Shown here piece after piece: positions 28,906 to 42,340 of a DNA stretch of 64,000 nt. Under the pieces are notes generated by a model, which saw only the letters and a program-made list of their open reading frames with translations, searched no databases and was not told the origin of the DNA. The DNA lies in the NCBI GenBank assembly GCA_963812135.1, contig CAWETU010000001.1, forward strand, positions 1,984,001 through 2,048,000, written 5' to 3'. Position 1 is the stretch's first letter. Each line of letters starts with the position of its first letter. Both the position numbers and the translations under genes were made by a program. The stretch comes from Vulcanimicrobiota bacterium. Lineage in GTDB: Bacteria; Vulcanimicrobiota; Vulcanimicrobiia; Eremiobacterales; Eremiobacteraceae.

Positions 28906-30291
28906 CTATCCCGGGGCAGCGAACGCGAGCGCTTGCCGCAGGCAATCGCTCACGCCCACGCCTGCGAGGTAGTTGCCCGCGAGGCGCAGCCCAGGAATCC
29001 GATCGACCGCCGTCCTGATCCGCTCGACCCGTCCGCGATGGCCGAGCGTGTATTGCGGGATCCCCTCGTTCCATCGAAATCCGGCCAGCACGTGCGGTCT
29101 GACATCGCTGATGCGCATGATTTTGGCCAGATCCGCGTGCGCGATGCGCGCGAGCTCTTCATCGCTGCATTCCGTGATACTCGGATCCAACGAACCGCCG
29201 AGAAACGCGGTGCAGAGCAGCTCGTCGCTTGGGGCACGATCGGGAAAGAGCACAGAGTTCCACACCGCGCCGAGCACACGTACGCCTTCACCGCGGCATG
29301 CCAAGAAGCCGAATCCGTCGAGCGGCGCGGCGACGTTCGCCTTCAGGTATGTGAGCGCGACCTGCGCAATGGGCGCATACTCGATCTCGCGCAATGCCCT
29401 CGCCGCTTCGGGCTCTATCGGTTCCAACAACGCTGCAGCTGATGGGGCGCTGGTCGCGATGATGACCTGCGCCGCGTCGATCTTGCCTTCTGGCAGCCCT
29501 TGGCACTCGAGCGTAAAGCCGGCGCCGCGCTGATCGATGCGCGTCACGCGAGCATTCTCATAGGCGTGACCAAAGAGACTATGGGCGAGCGCCTCGAGCA
29601 GGGTTGCGTTGCCGCCTGCGAAACTGACCGGGCCCCTCGGTCGGCCTAAGTCGACCGCATTGGGTCGATTCGAATCGACCGCTACATTCCTCTTGCGTGC
29701 GAGGACGCCGCGCAGAACGCTGCCGTTTTCCGTTTCGAACCGCACGAGCGCCGGCATCGTGCTGCGAGCCGACAGCTTTGCAGGGTCGCCCGCGTAGATG
29801 CCTCCCAGCACCGGGGTGACCAGCGCATCCAGGACTTCGGGCCCGGCCCGACGTCCGACGAACGAGGCGACGGTTTCGTCTGCAGCGTCGGTGCGCGCGC
29901 GCACGAACGCCTCCCCGAAAAGCCGCCATTTGGCGCCGGCCGAAAGCAGTCGGCTCGAGATGAATTGGGCTGGAGAGGCCGGCACTAGGATAAGCGCGCC
30001 GTGGCGGTAGATGTAACGCTTCGCCCCTTCGGTTTTCCCTTGGACAAGTTGTCCTTCAACTCCGAGATCGCGGCATAGCTCGATCAACTGTGGTGACGGC
30101 AGCAAGCTTTGCGGACCGCGATCGACCAGGTACGGTCCCTGGCGAAGCGAGCCCATAACCCCGCCGAAGCCGGAGGATGCCTCGAGCACGACGGCATTGT
30201 GGCCCGTCTTGCGCAGTGCGTACGCCGCAGTCAGTCCGGAGATGCCGCCGCCGATAACTGCGACGTCGACGTTCTCGAACGCGCCGCTCAT
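28906..30291 (-). CDS. hemY: HemY-type (copro/proto)porphyrinogen oxidase
   Basis: GGGISGL FAD motif, GIYAGDP, GFGFL, IPQY, GNYLAGVGVSDC. Confidence 0.92.
   Translation of the reverse strand: MSGAFENVDVAVIGGGISGLTAAYALRKTGHNAVVLEASSGFGGVMGSLRQGPYLVDRGPQSLLPSPQLIELCRDLGVEGQLVQGKTEGAKRYIYRHGALILVPASPAQFISSRLLSAGAKWRLFGEAFVRARTDAADETVASFVGRRAGPEVLDALVTPVLGGIYAGDPAKLSARSTMPALVRFETENGSVLRGVLARKRNVAVDSNRPNAVDLGRPRGPVSFAGGNATLLEALAHSLFGHAYENARVTRIDQRGAGFTLECQGLPEGKIDAAQVIIATSAPSAAALLEPIEPEAARALREIEYAPIAQVALTYLKANVAAPLDGFGFLACRGEGVRVLGAVWNSVLFPDRAPSDELLCTAFLGGSLDPSITECSDEELARIAHADLAKIMRISDVRPHVLAGFRWNEGIPQYTLGHRGRVERIRTAVDRIPGLRLAGNYLAGVGVSDCLRQALAFAAPG
29639..29685 (-). repeat. REP copy (29663-29685) plus a degenerate tandem copy, inside hemY
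   Basis: GTAGCGGTCGATTCGAATCGACC then ATGCGGTCGACTTAGGCCGACC; translated VAVDSNRP-NAVDLGRP. Confidence 0.8.
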
Positions 30292-31271
30292 GTCGTCGTG
30301 ACGCCGCGCGCGAGCTCGGCTTGATTGGCGAGGCACGCGATGAACGACGGATGGCATTGCACCGTCGGAGCGCGTCCGAATTCGGTGATGCCCGCAGCCG
30401 TCGCGGCGTCGGCGTATTGGATATCGATCTCGTTGAGCGTCTCGACATGTTCGCTCACGAACGCGATCGGCACGATACAGATCGCGCGCGCGCCGTCGGC
30501 CGCCAGCTTCCCGATCAGCAGCTCCGTGGCAGGCTCGAGCCATTTCTCGGGACCGAGGCGGCTCTGGAACGACAGATGCGTCGGACCCGGATGCGCGAGC
30601 CTGCCGACGGCTGCCGCCATCGTCTTCTTCACCTGGTCGAGATACGGATCGCCGCGCTCGATGTAGCGCATCGGCAGCCCGTGCGCCGAGAAGATCAGAT
30701 GCACGCCTTGCGCGGGCGCCCTGAAGCTGTCGAGGGTGCGCCGCGTGACGTCGACGAGCGCCGCGATATAGTCGGGGTCCTCGCAGTACTGCTCGACGAC
30801 GCGCAATTCAGGTTCGTAACCAATCTCGCGCATGACGCGCCTGAGCTCATTCAAGCTCGAGCGCGTGGTGGAATACGAGTACTGAGGATACAGCGGCAGA
30901 AAGACGAGCTCTTTGACGCCGTCGGCCTGCGCGGCACGCAGCGCGTCTTTGGAGTACGGCTGCCAATTGCGCATCGCCAGGTACACCGGCATCGGCCGGC
31001 CTCGCCGACCCAGCTCATCGCGCAAGGCTTGCGCTTGCGCCTCGCTTTGCGCGCGCAACGGCGAGCCGCCGCCGATGGAGGCGTACAGCCGGCGCGAGTA
31101 CGGCGCGCGCAGCGTGGAGATCGCCCATGCGGTCGGTTTGATCAGCGGCTTCGGAACGGGGATGTTGTCCGGGATGAGATCGACGAAGAAATTATAGAGA
31201 AACGGTCTGACGTCGGCCAGCGTCTCCGGCCCGCCGAGCTGCGCAAGGACGACGCCGGTGGCGTCAGCCAT
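30288..31271 (-). CDS. hemH: Ferrochelatase
   Basis: LGGP, IGGGSPL, PLYPQYS, FSAHGLP, FQSRLGP.KWLEP, FVSEHVETL.EID. Confidence 0.95.
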   Translation of the reverse strand: MADATGVVLAQLGGPETLADVRPFLYNFFVDLIPDNIPVPKPLIKPTAWAISTLRAPYSRRLYASIGGGSPLRAQSEAQAQALRDELGRRGRPMPVYLAMRNWQPYSKDALRAAQADGVKELVFLPLYPQYSYSTTRSSLNELRRVMREIGYEPELRVVEQYCEDPDYIAALVDVTRRTLDSFRAPAQGVHLIFSAHGLPMRYIERGDPYLDQVKKTMAAAVGRLAHPGPTHLSFQSRLGPEKWLEPATELLIGKLAADGARAICIVPIAFVSEHVETLNEIDIQYADAATAAGITEFGRAPTVQCHPSFIACLANQAELARGVTTT

Positions 31272-32286
31272 GGGACTTCGGGGCTTCGACGAATGCCGCC
31301 GCGCACTCGATCGGCGTTTGCGGCAAGATCCCATGACCGAGATTGAGGATGTGGCCCACCGGCCCGGCAGCTTCCATCGCCGCAAACGCAGCCTCGGCGA
31401 CGCGCACCGGCGTGCTCAGCAAAATCGCGGGGTCTACGTTTCCCTGGAGGGCGACCGCGCCGCCGGCCATCGCGCGCGCGTCCGACAGGTCGATGCGCCA
31501 GTCGACGCTGAGCACGTCCGCGCCACTTCGCGCCATCGTCTCGAGCACGCCGGCGCAACCGTTGACGTAGAGGATAGCGGGCACGCCGGCCGCGCGAACG
31601 CGCTCGATGACGCGGGCCTGATACGGAAGTGCGAACTCCTCGAACGCTCGCGGTTCGAGCTCGCCCGCCCACGTATCGAACACCTGGATGGCTTGCGCAC
31701 CCGCGCCCACCTGGGCCGCCGCGTAGGCTGCCGTCGTCGCCGCCAGTTTGTCGAGCAGCGCGTGGAACGTCTGCGGCTGCGAGTACATCAGCGTCTTGGT
31801 GGCTGCGAAGTTCTTCGAACCTCCGCCTTCTATTATATAGGAGGCTAGCGTGAAGGGTGCCCCCGTGAAGCCGACCAGCGCGGCGCGGTCGAGCAGCGCT
31901 CGCTTGCACAGCCGCAACGCTTCCATGACGAAGGGTGTGGCGGCCAGCGGGTCGGGGACCCGGAGGCGCTCGACGTCGTCGCGATTATGGATCCGCCGCT
32001 CGAGCTGCGGTCCGGCGTCGCCGAACGCTACGGGGATGCCCATCGCCTCGACGGGGACCAGGATGTCGGAGAACACGATGCACGCGTCCATGCCGAAGCG
32101 CTCGATCGGCTGGAGCGACACCTGCGCGGCCAGCTCGGGCGTCTTGCACAGCGTGAGGAAATCGACGCGTTCGCGCACTGCGCGATACTCCGGCAGATAG
32201 CGCCCCGCTTGGCGCATCATCCAGACCGGCGTGCGATCGACCGGCTGGCGTGCACACGCGGCGAGGAATCGTTCAGGCGCGTTCAT
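31264..32286 (-). CDS. hemE: Uroporphyrinogen decarboxylase
   Basis: PVWMMRQAGRYLPEYR, FSDIL, QGNVDP, NLGHG. Confidence 0.96.
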   Translation of the reverse strand: MNAPERFLAACARQPVDRTPVWMMRQAGRYLPEYRAVRERVDFLTLCKTPELAAQVSLQPIERFGMDACIVFSDILVPVEAMGIPVAFGDAGPQLERRIHNRDDVERLRVPDPLAATPFVMEALRLCKRALLDRAALVGFTGAPFTLASYIIEGGGSKNFAATKTLMYSQPQTFHALLDKLAATTAAYAAAQVGAGAQAIQVFDTWAGELEPRAFEEFALPYQARVIERVRAAGVPAILYVNGCAGVLETMARSGADVLSVDWRIDLSDARAMAGGAVALQGNVDPAILLSTPVRVAEAAFAAMEAAGPVGHILNLGHGILPQTPIECAAAFVEAPKSHG

Positions 32287-32303
32287 CGGTCGACGTATTT
32301 GAC

Positions 32304-32322
32304 GGGCGAGTAAACTCGACCG

Positions 32323-32326
<4 letters not shown>
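32304..32326 (-). repeat. REP copy overlapping the metK stop codon
   Basis: AA-GTAG-CGGTCGAGTTTACTCGCCC; the TAG within GTAG is the stop. Confidence 0.8.
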
Positions 32327-33567
<1,241 letters not shown>

Positions 33568-33576
33568 TGCTTTGAT

Positions 33577-34932
<1,356 letters not shown>

Positions 34933-34960
34933 CTATGCCCGAGGGCTCGACATGGGGCGG

Positions 34961-35611
34961 ATGGAATGGCCGCTTGTGACGCTTTCGACACAACCGATCG
35001 ACGCATACGCCCGCGCGCTCGAATCGGCCGATCCCACGCCGGGCGGCGGCAGCGCGAGCGCGGTCGTCGGCGCATTGGGCGCGAGTCTCGCCGCGATGGT
35101 AGCGCGACTCACCGCTGCTTCGCCAAAATTCGCCTCCGCGGCGCCGCGCATGGAAACGATCGCGCACGAAGCGACGCAACTGCTCGACGCGATGCTCTGG
35201 GCGATCGACGCCGACGTCAAAGAGTTCGATCGCGTGAGCGCGGCATACAAGATGCCTAAATCGACCGAGCCTGAGAAGACGGCACGCACCGCTGCGATTC
35301 AGGGCGCACTCATCGGCGCCACCGATGCGCCCATGAAAGTCGTCGAGCTTGGCCTGAAGCTCGCGCGCGTGGCGGTCGAGTTGGTGGACGCGGGCAACCC
35401 GAACGCGATCAGCGACGCCGGTTGCGCGGCGCTCTTCGCCCAGACCGCCGCGCGCGGCGCGTCGCTCAACGTGCGCATCAACATCAAGGCGCTGCACAAC
35501 GCGGAGCTTGCGCGCGAGTATCAGACCAAGCTCGACGATTTGCTCGCCCAGATCGGTTTCCTGACGGAAGTCGCGATCGTCAAGGTCGAGCGCGCGACGC
35601 GGCTGGCCTGA
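34961..35611 (+). CDS. Cyclodeaminase/cyclohydrolase (FTCD C-terminal domain family)
   Basis: PTPGGGSASA, GNPNAISD, LNVRIN; start uncertain (34961 or 34976). Confidence 0.88.
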   Translation: MEWPLVTLSTQPIDAYARALESADPTPGGGSASAVVGALGASLAAMVARLTAASPKFASAAPRMETIAHEATQLLDAMLWAIDADVKEFDRVSAAYKMPKSTEPEKTARTAAIQGALIGATDAPMKVVELGLKLARVAVELVDAGNPNAISDAGCAALFAQTAARGASLNVRINIKALHNAELAREYQTKLDDLLAQIGFLTEVAIVKVERATRLA

Positions 35612-35615
35612 ACCG

Positions 35616-36470
35616 ATGGCAGGAGCGCGCGTCCTCGAAGGACGGCCGATCGCCAACCGGATCCGCGACGACGTCTTCGAGCGCGCCAAAGCGCTGCGCG
35701 AGGTCGCGATCGTGCCGCACTGCAGCACCTTCGTCGGTGAAGGCGACAAGGAAGGCGCGTTTTACGCCGAGAGCTTGCGCAAAGTGGGCACGCGGCTCGG
35801 CGTCGAGGTCTCGGTGCACACCATGTCGCTCGCCGACGGCACGCGCGGTTTCGTCAACGCGATCAGCGAGGCGGCCCGCAATCACAAAGTGCACGGTATC
35901 ATCGTTCAGCGGCCGCTGCCGCCCTCGCTCGACCTGTATGACATCAACACCGCCATCCCGGTCGAGAAAGACGTGGATTGCGCGAGCCCGCTCTCGCTCG
36001 GTTGGCTCGCGCAGGGTATGCCGCATTTTGCGCCCGCGACCGCGGCAGCTGTCATCGAGATGCTGCGCGAGCCGGGGTTGATTCCAATCGCGGGAACGCG
36101 CACGGTCGTCATCGGCCGTTCGCCGGTCGTCGGCCGGCCGGTCGCGTACATGTTGACGTCCGCCGACGCGACGGTGACGCTGTGCCATTCGAAAACGAAG
36201 GATCTCGACTCGATCTGCCGCAGCGCCGAGATCCTCGTCGCCGCCATCGGCAAGCCGCGACTCGTCGATGCGAAGATGATCAAGCGCGGCGCTGTCGTCG
36301 TCGACGTCGGCACGAATCTCGTCGACGGCCAAGTCGTGGGCGACGTCGATTTCGAGTCTGTGTCGCAGCTCGCCGGCGCAGTCACTCCGGTGCCTGGCGG
36401 GGTGGGTGTGGTCACGACGTCGATCTTGCTGCGCAACGTCGTCGCGGCGGCCGAACACGGCACCATCTGA
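35616..36470 (+). CDS. folD: Methylene-THF dehydrogenase/cyclohydrolase
   Basis: HGIIVQRPLP, KDVD, GRS..VGRP, TPVPGGVG. Confidence 0.93.
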   Translation: MAGARVLEGRPIANRIRDDVFERAKALREVAIVPHCSTFVGEGDKEGAFYAESLRKVGTRLGVEVSVHTMSLADGTRGFVNAISEAARNHKVHGIIVQRPLPPSLDLYDINTAIPVEKDVDCASPLSLGWLAQGMPHFAPATAAAVIEMLREPGLIPIAGTRTVVIGRSPVVGRPVAYMLTSADATVTLCHSKTKDLDSICRSAEILVAAIGKPRLVDAKMIKRGAVVVDVGTNLVDGQVVGDVDFESVSQLAGAVTPVPGGVGVVTTSILLRNVVAAAEHGTI

Positions 36471-36573
36471 CGGGACAAGGGTTTCGCCTTCACGGCCGAC
36501 AACTTCGCAGCGTGCTCGACGCAGTCACGCATCGGCCGGCGCTGCGCATCCGGATGCGCGCGAGGCCGACGCG

Positions 36574-37149
36574 ATGAGCGCTCGCGGGGCGGGCTCGACT
36601 ATCCCACCTGTGCCGGAGCAGATCGCATTCGTCGAGGACGCGATGGCGAAGTTCGGGCGTCAGACGTACAACTACGCCTATCGCCTGACCAACAACGAAG
36701 CGGACGCCCGCGACCTCACTCAAGAAGCATTCATCCGCGTGTTCAAAGCCTGGCAATCGTTCCGGCCAGGCACGTCGTTTCTCGCGTGGATCTATCGCAT
36801 CGTCACCAACCTCTACCGCGACGAGCTGCGCAGGCGCAAAGGCGTCTTCGCGCAACCGCTGCCCGACGACAACCAAGCCCACGAGCAGTCCGCGCCGCGC
36901 CACGATCCGATCGAGACGATGCACGAGCAACAGCTCTCGGCGGGCATGGAGCGCGCGCTCGGCGGGCTCACGCCCGAGCAGCGCGCGGTGATCTTGCTCG
37001 CTGACGTCGAGGAACGCTCGTATCAGGAAATCGCCGATGTGATCGGCTGCTCGATCGGCACCGTGCGCTCGCGACTGCATCGCGCGCGTGCTCAATTGCG
37101 CCGGTTGCTTGAAAAAGAACGAGCGGCTCGGAGCGCTCAGCCATCATGA
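36574..37149 (+). CDS. ECF sigma-70 factor (RpoE-like)
   Basis: ARDLTQEAF, AWIYRI, SYQEIA, GTVRSRLHRAR; start uncertain. Confidence 0.9.
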   Translation: MSARGAGSTIPPVPEQIAFVEDAMAKFGRQTYNYAYRLTNNEADARDLTQEAFIRVFKAWQSFRPGTSFLAWIYRIVTNLYRDELRRRKGVFAQPLPDDNQAHEQSAPRHDPIETMHEQQLSAGMERALGGLTPEQRAVILLADVEERSYQEIADVIGCSIGTVRSRLHRARAQLRRLLEKERAARSAQPS

Positions 37150-37297
37150 CCCGCATTGCGGTACGGTTTGGGCCTGTTTCGCGCCACGGGAACGCTTGGC
37201 ATTCCACGCTCGTTGATAAAGATGAGGGAGTTTGCGCCACGGCGCGACCCCCCGCTTTTGACGCGCATCCCGCTCGACCCGAGGAATCAACCGACTG

Positions 37298-37786
37298 ATG
37301 AACTGCAACGACTGCCGCCCACTGCTCACCGACTACGCGCATCACGAGCTTGATGCCGCGCAAGACGCGCTTGTCTTCGAGCATCTGCAGACGTGCCAGC
37401 AGTGCCGCGCGGCTTGGCAGGCGGAACTGGATCTGACCGAGTCGATCCGTTACGCGTACTCGGAAGAGCGCGATCTTCCGATGTCAGTGGTGGCCGGCGT
37501 CCGCATGTCCATGCGCGGCGCCAAAGGCGCGACGTTCTTGGACCGCGTGCGCGCCGCGCTGCGGCCGGCCGTTCTTGCGCCCGCCGCTGTCGTGGTGCTC
37601 ATCGTCGCCGGCGCGCTGCGCTATGGGCCGATGGCACTGCATCCGACGTCGTCGCAACTGTCTTCATCGTACTTCGTCCGCCAGCACGTCGCGCAGACGC
37701 TTGGCTCTCCCTCAAGCGATCGCAGCTGGTCGGCGTACGTGCTGACCTCGGAGAACGCCAAGAGCGGGCAGACCGGTGCGCCTTAG
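37298..37786 (+). CDS. Zinc-binding (zf-HC2) membrane anti-sigma factor
   Basis: HLQTCQQC motif plus one TM; SD GAGG. Confidence 0.85.
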   Translation: MNCNDCRPLLTDYAHHELDAAQDALVFEHLQTCQQCRAAWQAELDLTESIRYAYSEERDLPMSVVAGVRMSMRGAKGATFLDRVRAALRPAVLAPAAVVVLIVAGALRYGPMALHPTSSQLSSSYFVRQHVAQTLGSPSSDRSWSAYVLTSENAKSGQTGAP

Positions 37787-38802
37787 CTCGTTCCTTTTTC
37801 GCGCTCGCCGCAGCCGCCGTCTTAGTAGCCGGCGCGCCGCGCGATGTCCGCGCGGCTTCCGACGGCTACACGCTGCTCAAAGAAGCGGTCATCGCGGACG
37901 ACCACGTGTCGTTCTCCGGCACCGTGACCTCTTTGATTTACGGCGGCAACGCGACGAGCGCGACCGTCGTGCACATCGAGCACAAAGCGCCCAACGACTG
38001 GCGTCTTTGGTATGTCGCGCCGGCGGACGCGTACGGCCGGCTCATCATCAGCAACGAGTCAGTCGCATATCAATACGAACCGTCGAAGGGCAAAGTCTTC
38101 AGCAACGATTGGGCGTCGCTCGCACCGTTCGCCGCTACGCTCGACATCGGGCGCATCAAGCGCAACTACGCGGTGCAGGCGTCCGATCACGCCGAGGTCG
38201 CCGGCCGCCCGGCACGCACGCTTTCTCTGGTGTCGACTTATTCGCACGCCCTCGTGCTGCGCATGTGGGTCGACAACGCGACCGGCGTCATCCTGCGGCG
38301 CGAGACCTATCACGGCGACGGCACGATCGCCACTCGGACCGAATTCGACAGCATCCGCTTCGTCAAAGATCTGCCGGACGATCTCTTCAAGATGACCGTG
38401 CCCGCGGGCATGACCTTGACGCCGGGCGCGGAGTACGGCGCTTCAACCCCAGCGATGGATACGCTGACCAGCGGGTTGCCATTTAAACCCGTGGGTCCGC
38501 GCGAGCTGCCCGACGGCTTCACCTTCGAGAAGGGCTCGACCGCGCAGCGCGGCGGCGTGCAGACGGTGCAGTTCGTGTATTCGGACGGTCTACGCAGTTT
38601 GTCGCTGTTCGAGAACGCGACCGGCCGCTATCCGACGTTCGACGATCCGGCTCCCAAGGCGCTCGCGGTCGGCAAGCAAGACGGCAAGTACACGCTCGTG
38701 GACGGTCAGACGCTGTTGACGTGGAACGCGGGCGGCTTGAACTTCATCATGGTCGGCGATTTGCCGCTCAAAGAACTCGCGCACATCGGCGCATCACTCT
38801 AA
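37776..38802 (+). CDS. MucB/RseB-like periplasmic sigma-E regulator (apparent +1 frameshift at 37795-37799)
   Basis: VAGRPA, WVDNATGVILR, LPDGF, YSDGLRSLSLFE. Removing one T restores the signal peptide MRLSSFLFALAAAAV. Confidence 0.8.
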
Positions 38803-39828
38803 CCAGCGAAGCACCGCGTCGGTCATCTCGCGCAGGTGGCGGTCGTGCGGCGGCGTGGCCGCGGGCACGGGTGCGCGTTTTTTAGCGTCGCCGAAGCAGA
38901 CCGCCATCGAGCGGCCGGCCGCCCGCAGGTTGGGCAACGAATAGCCGCCTTCGAGGATGAACGCCAGCGCGGCATCGTGCTCGGCGGACGTCTGCGCCAA
39001 GAGCGCGCAAAGCGCGTCGACCGCTTCCCCCGTGACCGGCAAACCCGCGATCGGGTCGCCCTCTAAGAAATCAAAACCTGTCGACACCAAGATCGTCTTG
39101 GGCTTGATCGCGCGCGCGAGCGGCGGCAGCAACTTCGTCCACGTCGCCACGAAGTCGTGGGTCGACGTCGACAAATCGAGCGGGATCTGAATCGAGAAAC
39201 CGGTGTCAACGTACCGCGATTCCGTGAACGCGCCGGTCCCTGGATACGCCGGCGAGGCATGCGTCGAGACAAAGCCAAGCGCTACGCCGGTGTCCTGCAG
39301 CGCGCGCTCCACCCAGACTTGCGTGCCGTTGCCATGATGGTAATCGAAATCGACGATCAGCGTCGCGCCCTTGTTCCGGCGCGCGTCATCCGCCGCAATG
39401 GCGATATTGTTGAGCAGGCAGAATCCCATGCCGCGATGGGGCTCGGCGTGATGGCCAGGCGGGCGGACCAGCGCGAACGCCGGATGTCCGGGCCGCGCGC
39501 CCCGCGCCGCATCGACCGCCGCGCCCGCGGCGAGCAGCGCGATTCGGAACGAATCGCGCCCGACCGTCGCGTCGCCGGTCGGCAATTCTTCGACGACGCG
39601 TTCGGGCAGCGAGTCGCAAAAGCGCTCGATCAACGCGACGTAGGCGGGTTCGTGCACGCGCTCGATCAGCTCCCGGTCGACGAGCGACGGCGAGCGGTAC
39701 GACTCTTGGGATACGCCGCCTTCGGTCAGGCCTTCGATCAGCGCGCCGAGGCGTGCGGCGCGTTCGGGATGCCCCTCGCCCGTGCGATGTTCGAGGAAAC
39801 GCGGGTCATAGATGACGTCGAGCGGCAT
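38794..39828 (-). CDS. Histone deacetylase family protein
   Basis: HPE...RL, RPPGHHA, GFCLLNN, DFDYHHGNGT, LEGGY. Confidence 0.93.
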   Translation of the reverse strand: MPLDVIYDPRFLEHRTGEGHPERAARLGALIEGLTEGGVSQESYRSPSLVDRELIERVHEPAYVALIERFCDSLPERVVEELPTGDATVGRDSFRIALLAAGAAVDAARGARPGHPAFALVRPPGHHAEPHRGMGFCLLNNIAIAADDARRNKGATLIVDFDYHHGNGTQVWVERALQDTGVALGFVSTHASPAYPGTGAFTESRYVDTGFSIQIPLDLSTSTHDFVATWTKLLPPLARAIKPKTILVSTGFDFLEGDPIAGLPVTGEAVDALCALLAQTSAEHDAALAFILEGGYSLPNLRAAGRSMAVCFGDAKKRAPVPAATPPHDRHLREMTDAVLRWLE

Positions 39829-39836
39829 CAGATTCC

Positions 39837-39859
39837 GGTCGAATAAATTCGACCGCTAC
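39837..39859 (-). repeat. REP copy immediately after the TPR gene stop
   Basis: TGA|GTAGCGGTCGAATTTATTCGACC. Confidence 0.9.
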
Positions 39860-41365
39860 TCACTGCGAGAGTTGTTTGATGTAGGCGCGTGCCTTGTTCG
39901 CTTCGTCGCCGTTCGGCTGGATCGCGAGGAAATTGCGGTACGCCGCCACCGCGTTCTGCTTGTCCCCGAGCATCCGAGATGAGTCGCCGAGGAAGTACCA
40001 CACCTGCGCATCGGGGTGCCTGGGATCCTGATGGGTAGCGATCGCGGCGAACGCATCGCGCGCCGCGCGATAGTCTTTCAAGGTATAGAATGCGATGGCG
40101 AGATTGAACAGCGCCGTCGCCGAATGCGTCAGCTCGAACGCCTTTTGGAAATCGTCGCGTGCCTGGGGCCATTTGCCCATGGTCCCGTATGCCTGGCCGG
40201 CGAAGAACAGCGCGTCGGGATTCGACGGATCCTTCGCAAGGATCTTGTTGAATATGTCGAGCGCCTTTTGCGGGTTCTTGAGGAAGCCGAGCTGGAGACG
40301 GCCGTACTCGAACAGGACCCGCGGGTCATCGGGCGTGATCGCCAGCGCCTGCTCGAACTCTTGCGCGGATTGCGTGTAGCGCTTTTCGCCCTGATCGTAT
40401 TCGGCTTGCAGGACGTATGGCTCGATCGCCTTCGGATGGTCCTTTTCCGCGACCGCGAACTGCTTGCGCGCCTCGTCGACCATGTGCTTGTTCAGGTACA
40501 TCTCGGCGAGATCGTCTTCCGGCTCGACCGCGTCAGGTTGCATCTTGATGATCTGCGTGAGGACCGCGGCCGCTCCAGCGATGTCATTCTTCGAGGCGAG
40601 CGCTTCGGCTTTGCCGTGGAGCGCGTCCAAGTTCTTGGGATCGTCTTTGAGCACGATGTCGAACTGCGCGATTGCAAGATCGGGATTCGGCTTCTTGTCC
40701 GCCAGATACGAACGTCCGAGGATCAAGTGCGCGCGCGCGTCCTTCGGATCGATGGCCAGCGCTTTGTTGACGCTGGCGCGGCCCTCGTCGAACATGCCCT
40801 TGTCGAGCTGCACGGTGCCGAGCTCGAGATAACCGAACGATTCGGTGGGGTGCAGCGCGACGGAGCGATTGGCGACCTTGAGCGCGTCGTCGAGCCGTCC
40901 GACGGCGAGATACGCATCCGTCAAGCTTGAGAGCACCGCGACGTTGCCTGGGTCGGCGATCTCCGCCTTTTCGAACGCGGTGAGCGCGTCCGCTATGTCG
41001 TTGAGGTCGCGATTGGCGACGCCGATGTAGAACCACACCTGCGCGTCATTCGAGCCTAAGCGGACCGCTTCTTCAAGCTGATCGCGGCCGTCTTTGGGCT
41101 TGCCCTGCTCGATCAACAGCACGCCAAGCTCGGTGTGCGCGTCCTTGTCGTTCGGATTGTCTTTGACGGTCTGCTGCAGCGTGGCGATGCGCTCGAGCGG
41201 GTTCTGCGTCGGCGACGCCGAGGGCACAGGACTCGCGGTGGGGGCCGGTTTGCCTTTGGCTTGCGCCGCTGGCGATTGCCCGAACGCGACGATCGCGCAC
41301 GCGATCAGACAAAGGATGATGAATGTGGGTCGCAATGTGGCTCCTATGGTTGCAACGCTACGCAT
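39860..41365 (-). CDS. Secreted tetratricopeptide-repeat protein
   Basis: Signal peptide and many TPR units (A...LG...A...P). Confidence 0.88.
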   Translation of the reverse strand: MRSVATIGATLRPTFIILCLIACAIVAFGQSPAAQAKGKPAPTASPVPSASPTQNPLERIATLQQTVKDNPNDKDAHTELGVLLIEQGKPKDGRDQLEEAVRLGSNDAQVWFYIGVANRDLNDIADALTAFEKAEIADPGNVAVLSSLTDAYLAVGRLDDALKVANRSVALHPTESFGYLELGTVQLDKGMFDEGRASVNKALAIDPKDARAHLILGRSYLADKKPNPDLAIAQFDIVLKDDPKNLDALHGKAEALASKNDIAGAAAVLTQIIKMQPDAVEPEDDLAEMYLNKHMVDEARKQFAVAEKDHPKAIEPYVLQAEYDQGEKRYTQSAQEFEQALAITPDDPRVLFEYGRLQLGFLKNPQKALDIFNKILAKDPSNPDALFFAGQAYGTMGKWPQARDDFQKAFELTHSATALFNLAIAFYTLKDYRAARDAFAAIATHQDPRHPDAQVWYFLGDSSRMLGDKQNAVAAYRNFLAIQPNGDEANKARAYIKQLSQ

Positions 41366-42338
41366 TGGCGCGGCGTTCCTTCACGAGCGCCGTGAGCTCG
41401 GGAACGATTTGGAAAAGATCGCCGACGACGCCGAGGTCGGAGAATTCGAAGATCGGCGCGTTCGCATCCTTATTGATGGCGATGATGGTGCCCGACGAGC
41501 GCATGCCGACTTTGTGTTGGATCGCGCCCGAGATGCCGACGGCGATGTAGAGCTGCGGCGACACCGTCTTGCCGGTCTGGCCCACCTGATGCGAGTGCGC
41601 GATCCAGCCCGCGTCCACCGCGGCGCGCGACGCGCCGACGGCACCGCCGAGCGCATCGGCGAGCGCCTCGATGATGTCGAAGTGTTCGGGACCCCCTAGC
41701 CCTCGTCCGCCTGAAACGACGATGCCGGCCTCCTCGACGCTCAGCTTGCCCGCTTCTTGCGAGACCTTCTCCTCGATCGTGGCCTTGTACGTCTTGCCCG
41801 TGGGGCTCGCAAGCTGCTTGATCTCACCTTTACCCGGCTCTTGGCGCGCGATGAAGCTGTTCGCACGGCACGTGATGACGCCATACTCGGAGTTCTTGAA
41901 TCCGATCGTCGAGATGACCGAGCCGCCGAACTTCGGCGATTGGACGTGCACCACACCGTCCTTGACCGAGATGTCGGTCGCGTCGGTGATCACGCCGCTG
42001 TTGAGACGCACGCCGATACGCGCCGCGATGTCTTTCCCGAGATTGGTCAGCGGGGAGAGCAAGATCGTCGGGCCGAGCTCGCGCAACAGCGCTTCGACCG
42101 CATCGACAGCGGGATCGTTGAGGAAGGCGTCGAGTTGGTTGTCTTCGCCGACGTAGATCGCGTTGATGGGCGCTGACTTGAGCAGTTCGGCCGCTTTGCC
42201 AGCGCCTTTTCCGAGCACGACGGCGGCGGATGGCACGCCGAGATCTTTGGCGATGTCGGCGCCGCGCGTGCACATCTCGAGGCCGATGCGCCGGATCGCG
42301 CCATCCTCATGTTCGACGAAAACGAGCACGGATTTCAT
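41358..42338 (-). CDS. etfA: Electron transfer flavoprotein alpha subunit
   Basis: [33 protein letters not shown]. Confidence 0.96.
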   Translation of the reverse strand: MKSVLVFVEHEDGAIRRIGLEMCTRGADIAKDLGVPSAAVVLGKGAGKAAELLKSAPINAIYVGEDNQLDAFLNDPAVDAVEALLRELGPTILLSPLTNLGKDIAARIGVRLNSGVITDATDISVKDGVVHVQSPKFGGSVISTIGFKNSEYGVITCRANSFIARQEPGKGEIKQLASPTGKTYKATIEEKVSQEAGKLSVEEAGIVVSGGRGLGGPEHFDIIEALADALGGAVGASRAAVDAGWIAHSHQVGQTGKTVSPQLYIAVGISGAIQHKVGMRSSGTIIAINKDANAPIFEFSDLGVVGDLFQIVPELTALVKERRANA

Positions 42339-42340
42339 GC

